From positions 5,890,001 through 5,954,000 of the forward strand of contig CP075494.1 in assembly GCA_021613535.1 (NCBI GenBank): 64,000 bases of DNA, given 5' to 3'. Below are positions 12,918 through 25,963 of this stretch, one piece after another. How positions within the stretch are numbered: position 1 is the first letter of the stretch; each line of letters starts with the position of its first letter. Position numbers and translations under genes: made by a program. This DNA is from Adineta vaga. Its lineage: Eukaryota > Animalia > Rotifera. The notes beneath the pieces were generated by a model. The model did not search any database. It was not told where the DNA came from and worked only from the letters and a program-made list of their open reading frames with translations.

Positions 12918-14548
12918 TTATTCTTTTTCTTCATTTTCTTTTTTCTCTGAATCTTCAGGTGGTGTAACATAGTGTGGTAATTTTCCACGTTGAAAATCAT
13001 TTAAAACCATTTTTGCTACTGTTGATAAATCTGGTTCAGCACCTTTCAATAGTTTACCTGCTTTTCTTGCTAATTTTTCTAAAAATTCTTCACCTGTTGA
13101 GTAATCATCGATAGCATATGTTTTTAATATATATTCACGTTTTACACGTGATAATAACTCGTCAATATATTGTTCTGGTTGAGGAACATTTTCAACACGA
13201 ACAACACCTTTAAGAACAATATCCGTTTCAGAATCATCCGCTGGATAAACAATTCCTGGACAATCGATCAGAAAGATACGTTTCATTAAGGTAATGTATT
13301 GCCAAACTTTTGTTTCACCAGCAATTGGAGCTACTTTACATACCTAAGAAAAACCAAACAAAGATAATCGTATAGGATATTTTAATTTTTAAGCTTACTT
13401 TTTGTGCTCGTAATGTATTAATGACAGATGATTTACCCACATTTGGATATCTAAAATATCGAATAGTTTTACTTTCGTCATAGACATAGATATTCGTACC
13501 CAATAAAACCAACTGAAATTTGTTTTTTATCTTGATGCAATCGAGAAAATTGTCTTAATAATTGAATTAATGCTTGTTTACCAAAGTTTTTCTTCATATT
13601 TGCATGAAATGCAAGTGTTGGATGTGAACGTGAAAGTATTGCTACCCATTTTTGTGTAGCCCAAACAGGAATCAAATCACATTTATTAAGAATAAAAATT
13701 AAATGTTTATAAGCTTTTTCTTTCTTTAAATATGCTTCAACTTGTCGACATCGCGTACCTTCAGGATTTCGTGCATCAAGAACTTGAATAACAACATCTG
13801 AAGAATCAATTACCTAAAAACAAAATGAATCTAAGATTTTAAAGAATTCGAAACTTTCTATTACTTTATAAAGTTCATTCCAAATACGTTTACTTTGTCC
13901 AGCTCTAAATAATGGATTAAGTGTTTCTTGTTTGACACCATCATCTTCACGCATTAAATCAAGATCTTTTTCTTGATTATATTCACTTTGTGTTCGTTCA
14001 ACATGAGCCATTAATGCGTCCATATCATCACCACCGCCGATATTTGATGGTCGTTTTCGTTGTGCTTTTGGTCCAAACGTTGTTTGATATGATTCAACAT
14101 CAAGAATATGAGAACGTTTTTGTTTGCCTTTTTCATTTAATAATGTTACCGGTAATTGTGTTTGTTTCATCACGACTTGATATGGATCAGCAAGTGTTGT
14201 TGATAAAGCTGTTTGAAATTTTTGTAAAGAATTTTGTGTTACAACTCGACTATTATTAAACCATTGACGATTTGGTGCAACTCGTGCTTGTGTACCGGAT
14301 GGAAGTTGTTCTTGAAAAGCGGCAACTTGAGTAATTCGTCCTGATGGATCGCGTTTTGGTTTTCCTCCACGATACATTTGTAATCGTTTAACAGTTGATT
14401 GAGAACGAAGTTTAGCACCATTGACCGATCCAGTTGTTGTTTTAGATGGTTGACGGTTTTTTAATGAAAGAGAATGCGATGTCGAAGATGATTTCTTCGA
14501 TGATGAAGATGATGTTGTTTTATTTTTGCGTCCTTTATTTTTCGACAT
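12918..14548 (-). CDS. GNL2: Nucleolar GTP-binding protein 2 (circularly permuted GTPase), 4 exons
   Basis: NGP1NT region ([25 protein letters not shown]) and [13 protein letters not shown]. Also [21 protein letters not shown] across an intron, and LIDCPG. Introns near 13815-13864, 13451-13499 and 13345-13398. Confidence 0.95.
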
Positions 14549-14814
14549 GATGAAAATTGTCTAAAACAAAATTAAAGAAACTTTCATAATTTTATTAGGT
14601 GTAGGCGTGAGTATATCGATCGCTTAAAAAATAGTATTATAAAACTAGTGATAGTGACTGGCTGATCTGCAAGTGACTCTCAAAGGACCGTTAAGAAAAT
14701 ATTCTAATAGATGGCGTTATCAATCATCACTTGTTGGTCAGACTCGCACTTTTACAAAGAATATATTTTCAAATAGAAAAAGAAAAGACATCAGATCAGA
14801 TAAGTTAGTTGTCG

Positions 14815-16860
14815 TTATATTAAATTTGGAATGAATAGATCATAATTAACAAAATCTCTGCCCTCACGATGTTTTTGACTACTCTCTAACCATAATCGAA
14901 CTTTTAATGTATGTGTTCCTAGTTGACCTCGGTCATTGTTTTGAATATCGGTACAAACAAGTTCATGAGTATGTTGATGATTAGATGGTTCTGTATTTCC
15001 ACGATCATTCGATCTAGATGTTGGAACTAATTCAATCACCGGTGCAGTTTTATTCTTCGATCCAAAACATCGTTGAAAACAATTGGCTTTAGTAGGTGTA
15101 AAATTCGATGGATCTGCATCGTCGCATTGTTCAAAATAGCACCAATTTCGATTTGGAAGAATTTTTTTATGCAGCAATTTTCTTCCTGTTTCGGGAAGAC
15201 GTTGAAAAAAATCGATTAATCTTTCTTCTGTATTTTCAATTGGATACCATTTTGTTTTAACTAGATGTGCAATATGAATAGCTGTACGAGGAGGTGGAAG
15301 ATTAACGATAGCAGATGAGATCACTTGATACATTAGTTTTGAATCATAGATAGGCGGTGGATCATTTTTTGAATAAGTTTTAAATCGACTAATTGCACAA
15401 CAATGTACATCGCCACTAAAAAATGTTATCCGTACTCGTTTCTTTTGAGCAAATTCTTGAAAACGTCGTAATGCACGATTACGTTCATCGATGTGTGCTT
15501 CATGCGTCCATTCGTCAAGTAAATCATCATAGAGTTCAGGTAGACCAAAGATAGAATTTGTTTGTTTAACGAGCGGAAGTTGTCGACATTTATTGGGAAG
15601 ATTTTTAATATGTTCAAAACAAGTTTCTGCAAGTTTAAGTCGTATAAATGAGAATGGTACAGGAAATAGAATAATTAAATGAGGAATATTATGAATTTCC
15701 TTGTCTAATTTATCAAATATCATATCCCATGATCGTTCATGTTGAACTATTTCTGTCGTACGCTCTGTACGTGCATCAGCACCAACAATAGCTAAATTTG
15801 GACCACAAAATGTAAGAAAATTATAACCTTGATATCCAAATAAATCATGATCACGTGCTCTTTCGACAGTTGTATGATGTTGAAATAATAGACGCATTTT
15901 TTGTGCTGTTTTAAATAAACCTGTCATCATTGGACTATCATGAAGTAATGGTGGATATGAACCAGCACCATCAAATATATCATGATCATCCCACATCATT
16001 AAACTTGGAATAGATGCTAATGCATTTTTAACTTCAGGACGTTCCCAATTTTCAATGTAAGTATTAAAATGATATTCTTCCACTTGTTCTCGTAGATCAT
16101 CACGAAAATCACATGTCCACTTTAAATTCCATTCCATATCGACCCAATCTTTAAGATACGGTACATCTTCGAACATAAAATCAATATATGTTTGATCGCC
16201 ACCCCAAATTAAAAGATGTAATGGAATTTCATCATGTATAGAATTTAAATGTTTCCAAACATTTCCAAATGTTAATTTAGATTTCGCTTGTTCGGATACC
16301 GTTGCATCAAAACCATTGCAAGAAAAGAAACCTCCACGCCACTTTTGATTATAACGAGCAATATGAAATACACCTTCAGTTATTTGATCACCCCAATCAA
16401 TTTTCCAACCGATTCTTTCATCACCTTCACCATTACGTAATTCAATCGAAATATTAATACGATATGCTCGCATATTGAATATATTATCATATAAAATTTC
16501 ATTATTAAAATCTAATTTTGCTTGAGAATCAAATTCAATTCGTGGACTATCGTAGGAAATTTCACGAAAGATCAAAGCACTTCCAAGCCATAACATTCGA
16601 TTTAAATCAGTTTTAATAAAATGATAATATGGTCCTAGAGCTGGACCGGGTTTTCTTGGTGGACGATTAATTGAAGGTGCCTGTACATTCGTATGTGAAG
16701 GAGGAGGCATAGCTTTGAGTTTCGTTGTATGTGGTTTAGGTGTTGGACAATCAGTATTACTTTTAGGATTTGGATTAACTGGGTTAGGAGCATTGGCATC
16801 CAAATCTTGATATTTACTAGTTGTACTGTTTTTATATTCATTCTGTTCACTTTCAGCCAT
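14815..16860 (-). CDS. PhoD-like metallophosphatase (fungal/protist-type), intronless
   Basis: Motifs FFSCNGF, LLIWGGDQTYID, MMWDDHDIFDGAGSY, DARTER, ELYDDLLDEW, SGDVH and QVISSAIVN. First ATG is 16860 (MAESEQ). Confidence 0.85.
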   Translation of the reverse strand: MAESEQNEYKNSTTSKYQDLDANAPNPVNPNPKSNTDCPTPKPHTTKLKAMPPPSHTNVQAPSINRPPRKPGPALGPYYHFIKTDLNRMLWLGSALIFREISYDSPRIEFDSQAKLDFNNEILYDNIFNMRAYRINISIELRNGEGDERIGWKIDWGDQITEGVFHIARYNQKWRGGFFSCNGFDATVSEQAKSKLTFGNVWKHLNSIHDEIPLHLLIWGGDQTYIDFMFEDVPYLKDWVDMEWNLKWTCDFRDDLREQVEEYHFNTYIENWERPEVKNALASIPSLMMWDDHDIFDGAGSYPPLLHDSPMMTGLFKTAQKMRLLFQHHTTVERARDHDLFGYQGYNFLTFCGPNLAIVGADARTERTTEIVQHERSWDMIFDKLDKEIHNIPHLIILFPVPFSFIRLKLAETCFEHIKNLPNKCRQLPLVKQTNSIFGLPELYDDLLDEWTHEAHIDERNRALRRFQEFAQKKRVRITFFSGDVHCCAISRFKTYSKNDPPPIYDSKLMYQVISSAIVNLPPPRTAIHIAHLVKTKWYPIENTEERLIDFFQRLPETGRKLLHKKILPNRNWCYFEQCDDADPSNFTPTKANCFQRCFGSKNKTAPVIELVPTSRSNDRGNTEPSNHQHTHELVCTDIQNNDRGQLGTHTLKVRLWLESSQKHREGRDFVNYDLFIPNLI

Positions 16861-18147
16861 TATAACATAAATATTGTATGTAAATGTTCTATAATTGAAA
16901 GGAAATATTAAATTGACTTTTTCTTGACATATTTCTGATTGAAAAGATATGAAATGTTTAAGTAAAAGAAAAAACAACCACTTTTCAAAGACTGATTTGA
17001 GTTTAGAAAATACTCTCTGAAGATAACTCTAAGTAAATTTAATCTTGAATAACATGTTTCTTACTTACTTTTATTTCTCAATATCAATCGATGTATATGT
17101 TTATAAAGTAATAGATGTTCTTTTATTTCCTTTAACCACTATGTTAACAGAATATTTTTTTTCCTTCTCAAATGGTAAACCTTATTAATTGTTATTCCCG
17201 TCTCATATTTTTCTTTTCTTTTCTACTTTATTTGTACGTGAATTTAAACTCACATGCTTATGTTCACCTCTTTTCTTCGCGAGTTGACGTTACCAAGAGA
17301 ACGATAATAAAACACATACACACCTGGGTGTATAGTCATCTTACTGAATAAAACTATATGATGAACATCATATATGGTTATAAGTCATCATCTTTCTTTC
17401 CGTTCTGTTTTTTCCTACATAAGCAGATGCCATTATTCCAGTTACATCATTCAAATAATCTCTATTCATCTCTTTTCCTTTAATAATGACAAAAACTACA
17501 ACAATCTTCCATTGGTAGATGTCGTGAAATAATAGTTGTCAATTTTCAACTATTAAATTCGGACAAGTTCCATCTATTCAAGCACTACTATGAACATGCG
17601 TTTGATAAAAGATGTGCTAATCTATCAAGGAATGTTTTGAGCTGTCTTTTAGAGAATAACAGCTGATGAGATATGATCTACAAACATAAACATGAGTTTT
17701 GATTGTTCTGTAAGAAAACTGATACATGAATTCAAATAGTATAATATTCTTCACTCAATCAATGCAGTTACGATGTCAACGGATGAATGATATATATATA
17801 TATATATAAAAGAAATGATGAAGATCAATTAAAATGTGTAACTTCTGTTACATTCATTCGAAATCAGATCATTGTATCAGTAATTGTGATGAGTAGACAT
17901 CATACGTTCTACTTTTCTTATAATGTTAACCTTTGTTCGAAATAAAATATCAAATAAATCATTTTCATTTCATACTACTAAGGTATTCTCTCATAATCCA
18001 TTTTAAAGTTTATCTATTCTCGATGTACAACTATCAATGAGTATATCTAGACTCACATATCATTCGAATTTTTTTCAAGTTGATCTTTTTATTCAATATT
18101 TTAAGGACAGTTGTTAATGGTCTGGTTTTTCTTTGTATATTTATAGA

Positions 18148-20211
18148 ATGTTGAAGATAAGTATTAAGTTTTATTTGCTGTTCATTCTAAAATTTCTAAT
18201 CTGTTTATCATTTCCAACAAAACCACGAATAACATTTGATGAATTTTTCGATGCTACTGCTTTTTCATCATTAAGTTTATCACCAACAAATGAATATTTG
18301 TTTATCGGAACACTTCGTGCGTCATGGAATACAAGTTCGTATGAAAATGCTCTTTGGATTTACGATACTCAAAAACAAACAAGAAAACTTATTACAGAAA
18401 ATCTTCACAAAACAATTAAGCCACAATGGTCACCTAATGGTCTCTGGATTGCATTACTTCTTGATCAGCCATCATCGAATATGACACATATTGATCGATA
18501 CGGACAATCTATTTCGAATGATTCACACATGGAACATTACATCCATTTATATTCTCCTCAAGCCGATGAATTGTTGCCTGTTGAAATCGGAATGAATGTT
18601 CCTCTAAGTTTTACTTGGTCCGATACTGATTTTTCACTTTATTTAGCTACAATAAATACACCCATACCAAAGATCGATGATGAATGGAAAGATGTTATTC
18701 AATATCGTGAAAATAGAGATCATGAACAAAGTTCTATTATTCAAATTGATATCGTTTTATACAATCAGTCATTCTCTATTGAAAAAAATCTTGTAACAAA
18801 TCTATCCTTTTTAATTGGTGAACTATTGTTTAATCCTTCGGAACAAAAATTAATTGTTGCATCTGTTTCATCATTAATCGAAAATTTAGATTATTTTGAA
18901 ATCTACTCAATAGATTTTCGAAATACATCTTCATCCATTGTTCGCTTGACATTTAATGAAAATATGGAACGTAACTTACAATTATCAGCAGATAATAAAT
19001 ATCTTCTATTTCAAAGTAGTACCATCAATTATAGTTCAAGAAAAATGAATAATACACAAGTTACTCTTTCTGCATTAAATTTAAATAATGGTCAAGTTAC
19101 ACGTTTAGCACAAGATTTTCATGGAAGTATTGATGATTATACAACTACAGCTGATGGTATCATTTATATTCTTGGACAATTAGGGACAGAAGTTCAGATT
19201 TATTCATTACAATCATTATCCGATGATTTAACTCAACATATTGGATGGAATGGTAGTTATGGGTCGATCACTGTATCAAATCAACATTCGATAGCATTCG
19301 TTTATTCATCAACAGAAAAACCAATGGAAGTATATCTGATTAATCATATTGATAAACTTCAAAATGCACAGTCAATTACAAATGAAAATCATTTATATAC
19401 TCAACGAGATTTACCTCGAGCCACAGTTTATCAATGGAAAAATCAAGATGATTCTCGAAATATTGAAGGAATGCTACATTATCCACCAGGTAAATTTCTC
19501 TCAAAAAATTTACCACTTCTTGTTCTTATTCATGGTGGACCATACGGAGCAAGTATTAATCAATTTCTACCTAATTGGTATACATGGGCACCATTAGCTG
19601 CTTCCGAAGGTTGGCTAGTATTAGAACCAAATTATCGAGGTTCGACAGGTTATGGTGATGAATTTCTTCAAGAACTACGTTATCGACCTTTATCTCTAGC
19701 TGGACAAGATATATTACATGGTGTTGATCAATTAATTCGTGATGGAATTGTCGATCCATATCGACTTAATATTGGTGGTTATAGTTATGGTGGTTTTCTT
19801 ACGAATTGGTTGATTACACAAACAAAACGTTTCAATGCTGCACTCTCTGGTGCAGGTTCTATTGATCATACATCATCTTGGGGCATGATGGATATACCAA
19901 TATTACTCACACATTTATTTGGAGGTCATCCATGGGAAACTTCTCATATCTATAAAAATGAAGCTCCAATTTATCAATTAGATCGAGTTCGAACAGCAAC
20001 ATTAATAACTACTGGTGAAGTTGATGTACGAGTACCAACCAGTCAAAGTTATATAATGGAACGTGCATTATATTTTCGAGGTATACCAGTAAAATTACTT
20101 GGTTTCCCAGAAGAAGGACATCTTTTAGCAAATAATCCTTGGCATGGAAAAATTAAAACTCGAGAAGAATTAAAATGGTTGAAACAATATGGAAATCAAT
20201 CATCGTATTGA
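18148..20211 (+). CDS. Secreted S9-family serine peptidase (dipeptidyl aminopeptidase / acylaminoacyl-peptidase type), intronless
   Basis: Signal peptide and a beta-propeller region (PQWSPNG). Motifs LIHGGP and PNYRGSTGYG. Catalytic triad GYSYGG / DVRVP / EEGH. Confidence 0.92.
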   Translation: MLKISIKFYLLFILKFLICLSFPTKPRITFDEFFDATAFSSLSLSPTNEYLFIGTLRASWNTSSYENALWIYDTQKQTRKLITENLHKTIKPQWSPNGLWIALLLDQPSSNMTHIDRYGQSISNDSHMEHYIHLYSPQADELLPVEIGMNVPLSFTWSDTDFSLYLATINTPIPKIDDEWKDVIQYRENRDHEQSSIIQIDIVLYNQSFSIEKNLVTNLSFLIGELLFNPSEQKLIVASVSSLIENLDYFEIYSIDFRNTSSSIVRLTFNENMERNLQLSADNKYLLFQSSTINYSSRKMNNTQVTLSALNLNNGQVTRLAQDFHGSIDDYTTTADGIIYILGQLGTEVQIYSLQSLSDDLTQHIGWNGSYGSITVSNQHSIAFVYSSTEKPMEVYLINHIDKLQNAQSITNENHLYTQRDLPRATVYQWKNQDDSRNIEGMLHYPPGKFLSKNLPLLVLIHGGPYGASINQFLPNWYTWAPLAASEGWLVLEPNYRGSTGYGDEFLQELRYRPLSLAGQDILHGVDQLIRDGIVDPYRLNIGGYSYGGFLTNWLITQTKRFNAALSGAGSIDHTSSWGMMDIPILLTHLFGGHPWETSHIYKNEAPIYQLDRVRTATLITTGEVDVRVPTSQSYIMERALYFRGIPVKLLGFPEEGHLLANNPWHGKIKTREELKWLKQYGNQSSY

Positions 20212-20704
20212 TAAGAACAATTAATTATCTTCCTATTTACTTGTTTTATTACTTTATAATAAATTTTATTTAATCATCGTTTTCAAGACTATTTTAGTGT
20301 CATTCGTCTCATACGGTCATTGAACAGCACTTGCACTCTCTTAAAAGACTGTTATGACTATAGATTCCATTCCCTTCAACAATGCTATTAGTAATTTCGC
20401 ATGGTTAAATTTCCTTCCTTTTCTTCTATCACACAGAATATCCGCATCTTCTACCCTTATCGTTTTTAACTACTTATTGACATATCCTCCATCCGATATG
20501 TGGCTTAAAATGTTGTCGGTTTTCAAGAAACGATGCTTATTTCTTGATTTAATTATGATTTTATTTAGTGTAAATATTCGAATGCAGTATTCAAATTTGG
20601 ACATTTGATTTAATAATAAAAAAAGAATATTTGCAGCGAAAAATTGTAGTTTTTTTTTATTCAATGAAAGGATAGTTCTTTTCATAAGAAAATATTGCTT
20701 AAAA

Positions 20705-20995
20705 TTAAGGTAAAATAGCTCGCCGTTTTCCTCGCATAGCATGAAATGATCGACGATTTGGATACGGTTTGAGTAAATCTCGTGTAACTAAATTTGTATC
20801 TTCATCGCTTGATCTGTCTTGTTCGGAATCATCAAAGATTTGTTCATCGATGGGTATTCGTCTTCCAAATAAAATAGCTTGGATTCGATCATTATGGTAA
20901 TTGTGATTATTATTACAATTGGCAATAGTAAATAATAAAACAAAAATTGAGACAATTGCCAATATAAGCAGCTGATTATGCGAAGATTTCAACAT
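20705..20995 (-). CDS. Neuropeptide precursor (tachykinin/natalisin-like FxxxRamide plus an ILFamide)
   Basis: Signal peptide, amidation/cleavage sites AILF-G-RR and RR-SFHAMR-G-KRR, and an acidic spacer. A short 5'UTR intron lies near 21005-21058. Confidence 0.8.
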   Translation of the reverse strand: MLKSSHNQLLILAIVSIFVLLFTIANCNNNHNYHNDRIQAILFGRRIPIDEQIFDDSEQDRSSDEDTNLVTRDLLKPYPNRRSFHAMRGKRRAILP

Positions 20996-22976
20996 GGTTT
21001 TATGCTAAAAGATAAAGTATAAAACTAAAGAATGTTTCTGATATGACATGAAAGATTACCTTAGGCTTTTTCTCTCTTCTATATCTTTTACATTCATCTA
21101 TCTCAGAAAGAAAAATCTATTACTGTGTTTTTGACAGAAAAATTATATCAAAAGATTATTATCTCTTCATCAAACTAGTGTTCGCGAAAAAACTCTTCGT
21201 CTTACAATTAACTATAGTTAACAAGATCATATATTTATAGACGCATTCACATCCTTTTCTAGTACTCGATGATTTTCTTTTTTGATTGTATGATTCAATC
21301 AAATTGATTATCACTTATTCGTTTTCGATCGAACTTATTGGAATTAGTCAAATAAAGAGTTATACAATGCATGTATTATCTCTCATTTCACTCGTCGAGA
21401 ATGAAACATTGTCAAGTTCATTTTCTGAGTAGAAGAAAAAAAGATCGAACATTACTGTTACAATGAACGATAAAAGTCGAACATAATTCATCCAGAATCA
21501 TATTTACTGGAAAGAATTTATATATATTACCTGTCTCTTTTCAAAGAGAAGAAAAAGAAATAGGAGAGGATTGCGTGTTTAATTGCTTTTATCTAATGGT
21601 CTTATCGTTGAAGAATACCAGAGTCAGATAAAAAGAATGAATTTCTCTCTCTCTCTAGTAAATTTACATGAGCTGATCTCGTTTTCATCTTCGGAAAATC
21701 GTTAGAAGAATTTGTTATTCATATATAATTCGTATTCTCTAGATAATTCTTACAAGACTCGAACGGGAGATTTTCTTTTCTCCGCCTACATACTTAGCGG
21801 AAAAGAACTTATACGATTTGACATAGAAGAATAAATATATGATACTCACATCGAAATATTCAACATAATATATCTATCTAAATCTAGAATAAACAAGACC
21901 TTCTTTTTTTGTATCTAACAATGTCTATGATGTTAGCAAATGAAACTCTTCTAATTATCTTGCATTTCTCTTACGTCAGTAAAGTACCTTATAAGCGAAT
22001 AATCTTCTTGTAAATCTAAGTGTTTCGTGACTACTTTCATATCATTTTTTGATGTACGTCAAAGACTCCTACAAAAATCTATAGTGTGCTCAGTATTCTG
22101 ATATAAAATGGAGTGTAAAAAAACGACAACAATTTATCTTAGTTTGAATAGAAAAGAGAAAAAATCAAATATTTTTTATATCGACGAAGTAGAAACAATC
22201 TGTTTCCTAGAAAATATAGAATAAACAAAGAAATTTAACAGTTGCATTGTCTTAAATTTAGTTTGCTATCGATTAAATGATTCATTTTTAAATAATACTC
22301 GAAATTGTCACTGAAATATCATGATAGAAATTGAATGAAAATAAAATCCTTATTAGTTGATTAAAGATAGAGAAAATGTAAATAATCTATTAGAAAAGAT
22401 TTTACGTCAAACAAGGTAGAAATCAATCTCATTATGCATTATTTATTTTTGTATATAATTAATCATTACATCACCAGATGACTATTTGACATTGTGAACT
22501 TGAAGTGTAAATATCTCCCTATTTTGTCGTTGTATTATATTTATGAATATGTAAGAAAATAAATCAACATAAATGTAAGAGAGTAAAAGTCGTTAACATT
22601 CCCACTAATACTCATGTATTATTTGTTATTTAAAATAGAACATGCATGGCGATGTTGAACAGATAGTCGATGATGACATTAGCACTTATGACTATCATGA
22701 TCTGTAGAGAAATAGTGGAAGCGAGGGAACGCAACTTTCATCTATATTCTCTAGATTTTCACACTTCTTTCACTTCTTGTTACATAAAAGTCATATAAGC
22801 TGAATATATCTGCATATTTGATGAGTGTTCTTGATAGAGAATGTCGAGTTATTAACTAATAATGGTATAAAGATTGACTCAAGTGTGAATGTATATGAAA
22901 AAACATCCTGATTCTCAATCCAAATATGGGTGGTATTTATTTCAGAAAAAAATAAAAATCTTGATCGTCTTTAGTT

Positions 22977-23906
22977 TTAATTGGCTTGTAAACACTTCAT
23001 ACATTGTTCTTTTAAATAGTGTCGAAGATCACGATTGTATATAAATATATCTATTACAGTAACAAGTGAACTAATTGCAGGTAATACTTGTAATGCTAAA
23101 CCGACCCAAAATGGTGCCGTATCAATCAAATTATTTACTTGTACAATATAAACAGGTCCCCATCCAATGATAAATATCACAAAAAGAAAAAGCATATGTT
23201 TAAGTAGATATGTATCTCGTGCATGTAGACGTTTGGTATTAGCCATAGAAGATGCTGTTGCTTTTGCTCCAGCATTAACACGTCGAGTTGATGATCGAAC
23301 ATTAAGAAGTATTATGGAATTCAAAGTAACTTTTAAAATCGATGGAAATATTACAATAATGACTAGTCTATAAATAAGAAGCCATTCAGGTGATGAACTA
23401 TGGTTGATGCATTCCTAAAACTCAAACAAATACAAGTAAAACATTAAAAACAAACTTTGATGTTTACTTGATTTGTCGCAACAAACTCAGGTATTGACAG
23501 AATAATAGTAACTATCCAATGGATAACTAATGGAGATTAGTGAACATGTTTTTTTCCGAAAGAATCGATTCTTTGGATAAATAACTGCAAAAAATTGATT
23601 TATAGTTATTACTATTAAACAATAGACGACTAAAGAATTGACTAGTGTTGGTAGGGATTCAATGAAAATGCAAAGCGATGTCGATTCAAATTGAGCAGTT
23701 GGATTGATAAGAAGAACTAAATTGTTCATAACCCAAAAGCCACAACAAATAATACCACTCACAGCAAAGCCACCAATAAGGATATTAGTTGCTGTATGGA
23801 AACGTCGAACCAAAATTATTAATAATAAATAGATCAGAAGTAAAACAATAATAATCGAGAGAATAACAATATTTAAAATTGTAATAATATAAATTTCTTT
23901 GTCCAT
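22977..23906 (-). pseudogene. Divergent rhodopsin-class 7TM GPCR with a 1-nt frameshift in TM4, 2 exons
   Basis: Paralog of 32750-33682 with the same intron position (~23415-23467). Removing one base near 23529 restores ISIVIHWIVTIILSIPEFVATNQ up to the GT donor. Confidence 0.75.
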
Positions 23907-25963
23907 CTTTTTTTTTCTTCTTCAAAGGAAATGGTTTTTCACAAATAGGGTAGAAAGAAAATGTCTACTTGTTTTTAAAAGGGTCCATAAAATTCTATTC
24001 ATCATTCTTCATTTTTATTTATTATACTTCAACGATTCAGCATCGTCGTCATTAGTGGCATCTCAGAAAAAAATAACATTATATTGACTAGATGATTATC
24101 TATTCTACCTATATACATGATGAAGCATTTCTTTTCTTTTATTATTTTATATTCATGTATTATCGTAATATGCTTGACTGGTTAGTTACACAACCTTTCT
24201 AACGCGTCACAACATTGAATCATACCATACTTGAAAATTGATTGTCTGAATAATTTTTCTATCTCTATTATAGCGAAGTGCTTTTAGATCGTTGGTGGCT
24301 AAGAGACAGGCAACAATGACAATATGCGCAGTTTTGAACTTTGATCGAGCATCTTATAAAAACATAAAATTTTATCAAGACGTAGATGAAATTCTCAATC
24401 ATTCCAATTGGGTGTTCTTCTTTAATTTACAGCTTTAATACATATAATACTTGACTAGTTGTGTTCACTAACTATATTAAAATATCAATTCATAGGAGAT
24501 ACTACTGAAGAACGAGCTAATAAGCAATGAATAGATAACGTACAACATATTTTATACTTCTTCCAGCATTTAAACTATTATCATAGTGTATGAAGTTGTC
24601 TATTTACGTGACGTCAAGTAAAAGGAAGATCTATTTATAACATTGTATTACACAAAGAAAACGCATGTCGACAAAGTGAACTAAAAATAAACAAACTATT
24701 TTTGGTTTATTGAATTCATAGATCAATAGATATTAATAGATGTATCATAATGTTTTTTGTTGTCTTGTAAAAAAAGTACCGAGTCGAATGCACTATTACA
24801 TCTTTATCGAGCTATTATAAGAGTATCATTTGCGAAGATTTTAGTTTTCTTGAAACATTAAAAATCAAGTGAACTCGCTGAAAGTAAAAAAATGCACTGT
24901 GACATAAACCGTTTGATGTCTATTATTATCCGAAGCGATACCAAAGTACAGATAGATACTGATGGAAAGAATACACAACTACAAAATATGAGATAAATAA
25001 ATAATCAAACTGACTCTACAATTTAAACAAATTAACGAAGTTAACTGCTTGGTGCGAAACTAAATTCATAGGATTATTTCATTGAATATCTAGGCATTAT
25101 CTTCTGTATACCCAGTTTGAAGATATTTAGAAATCTACGCATATTTGCAAACCGTTCAAAAAAGCAACTATATAACGTGACAAAAGCTCAACGTATAAGC
25201 TTTATCGGACAAAATCAACAAACTCTGGGTCATACTGAATATCGGTTTTTAAAAATATCGTTTATAAAATAGAATATATTAAACAGAAAAATGATTACTT
25301 TCATAATTTTTGATTCAAGAATATGGACAAATTTCTATTTCAATTTTGAATATAACATATCAAATCAGTAAAGTTAGAAATAAGATTAGTCTACAAAAAC
25401 TATTCACTTATTTTCATTAAACAATAAAAAAAATGTCTAGAATTTGTCTTTATCTTATTTTCTTCTAATAGGTATGTATCTGGATATTTTTTCGCCTTTT
25501 ATTAGTTCAAATTTGTTTAATTGAAAATATTTCATTATTTATATATGTTCAGCATTCAAGTCTTGTTTCAATACGTGAAATCTATGATATGTTAATAACT
25601 AATTAGGTGACCTTAAAACAAACATTTTTTGACAATCAATATTAGTTTCTCTTACGTAGAACGTCATTTCGACGAATAAAATTCTATATAAAATTTTCGG
25701 AAATATTATTTTCATAATTCGATTGCATATATTTAATTGTCAGATAATACTATTCATATTCGTCTTGGAATATTTATCAAAGTTTTTTGTCTAAGTCAAA
25801 TTGTTTTAGTTGTGGACAAAAGAATGTTGTTACACGAACGAAATCGTTTGTTTATATATATACATGTATGAATGCGCGTTTATCATTCTTTTCTTTTCTT
25901 TTCTTTGCTATCAGTATATATACGTATTGATCTTTGTGAAATATAAAAACAAAGAAAATCACA

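Noticed and set aside
12918-13000. GNL2 C-terminal truncation relative to the vertebrate protein
   Set aside because: The ~490 aa length is comparable to fungal Nog2 and the GTPase domain is complete.
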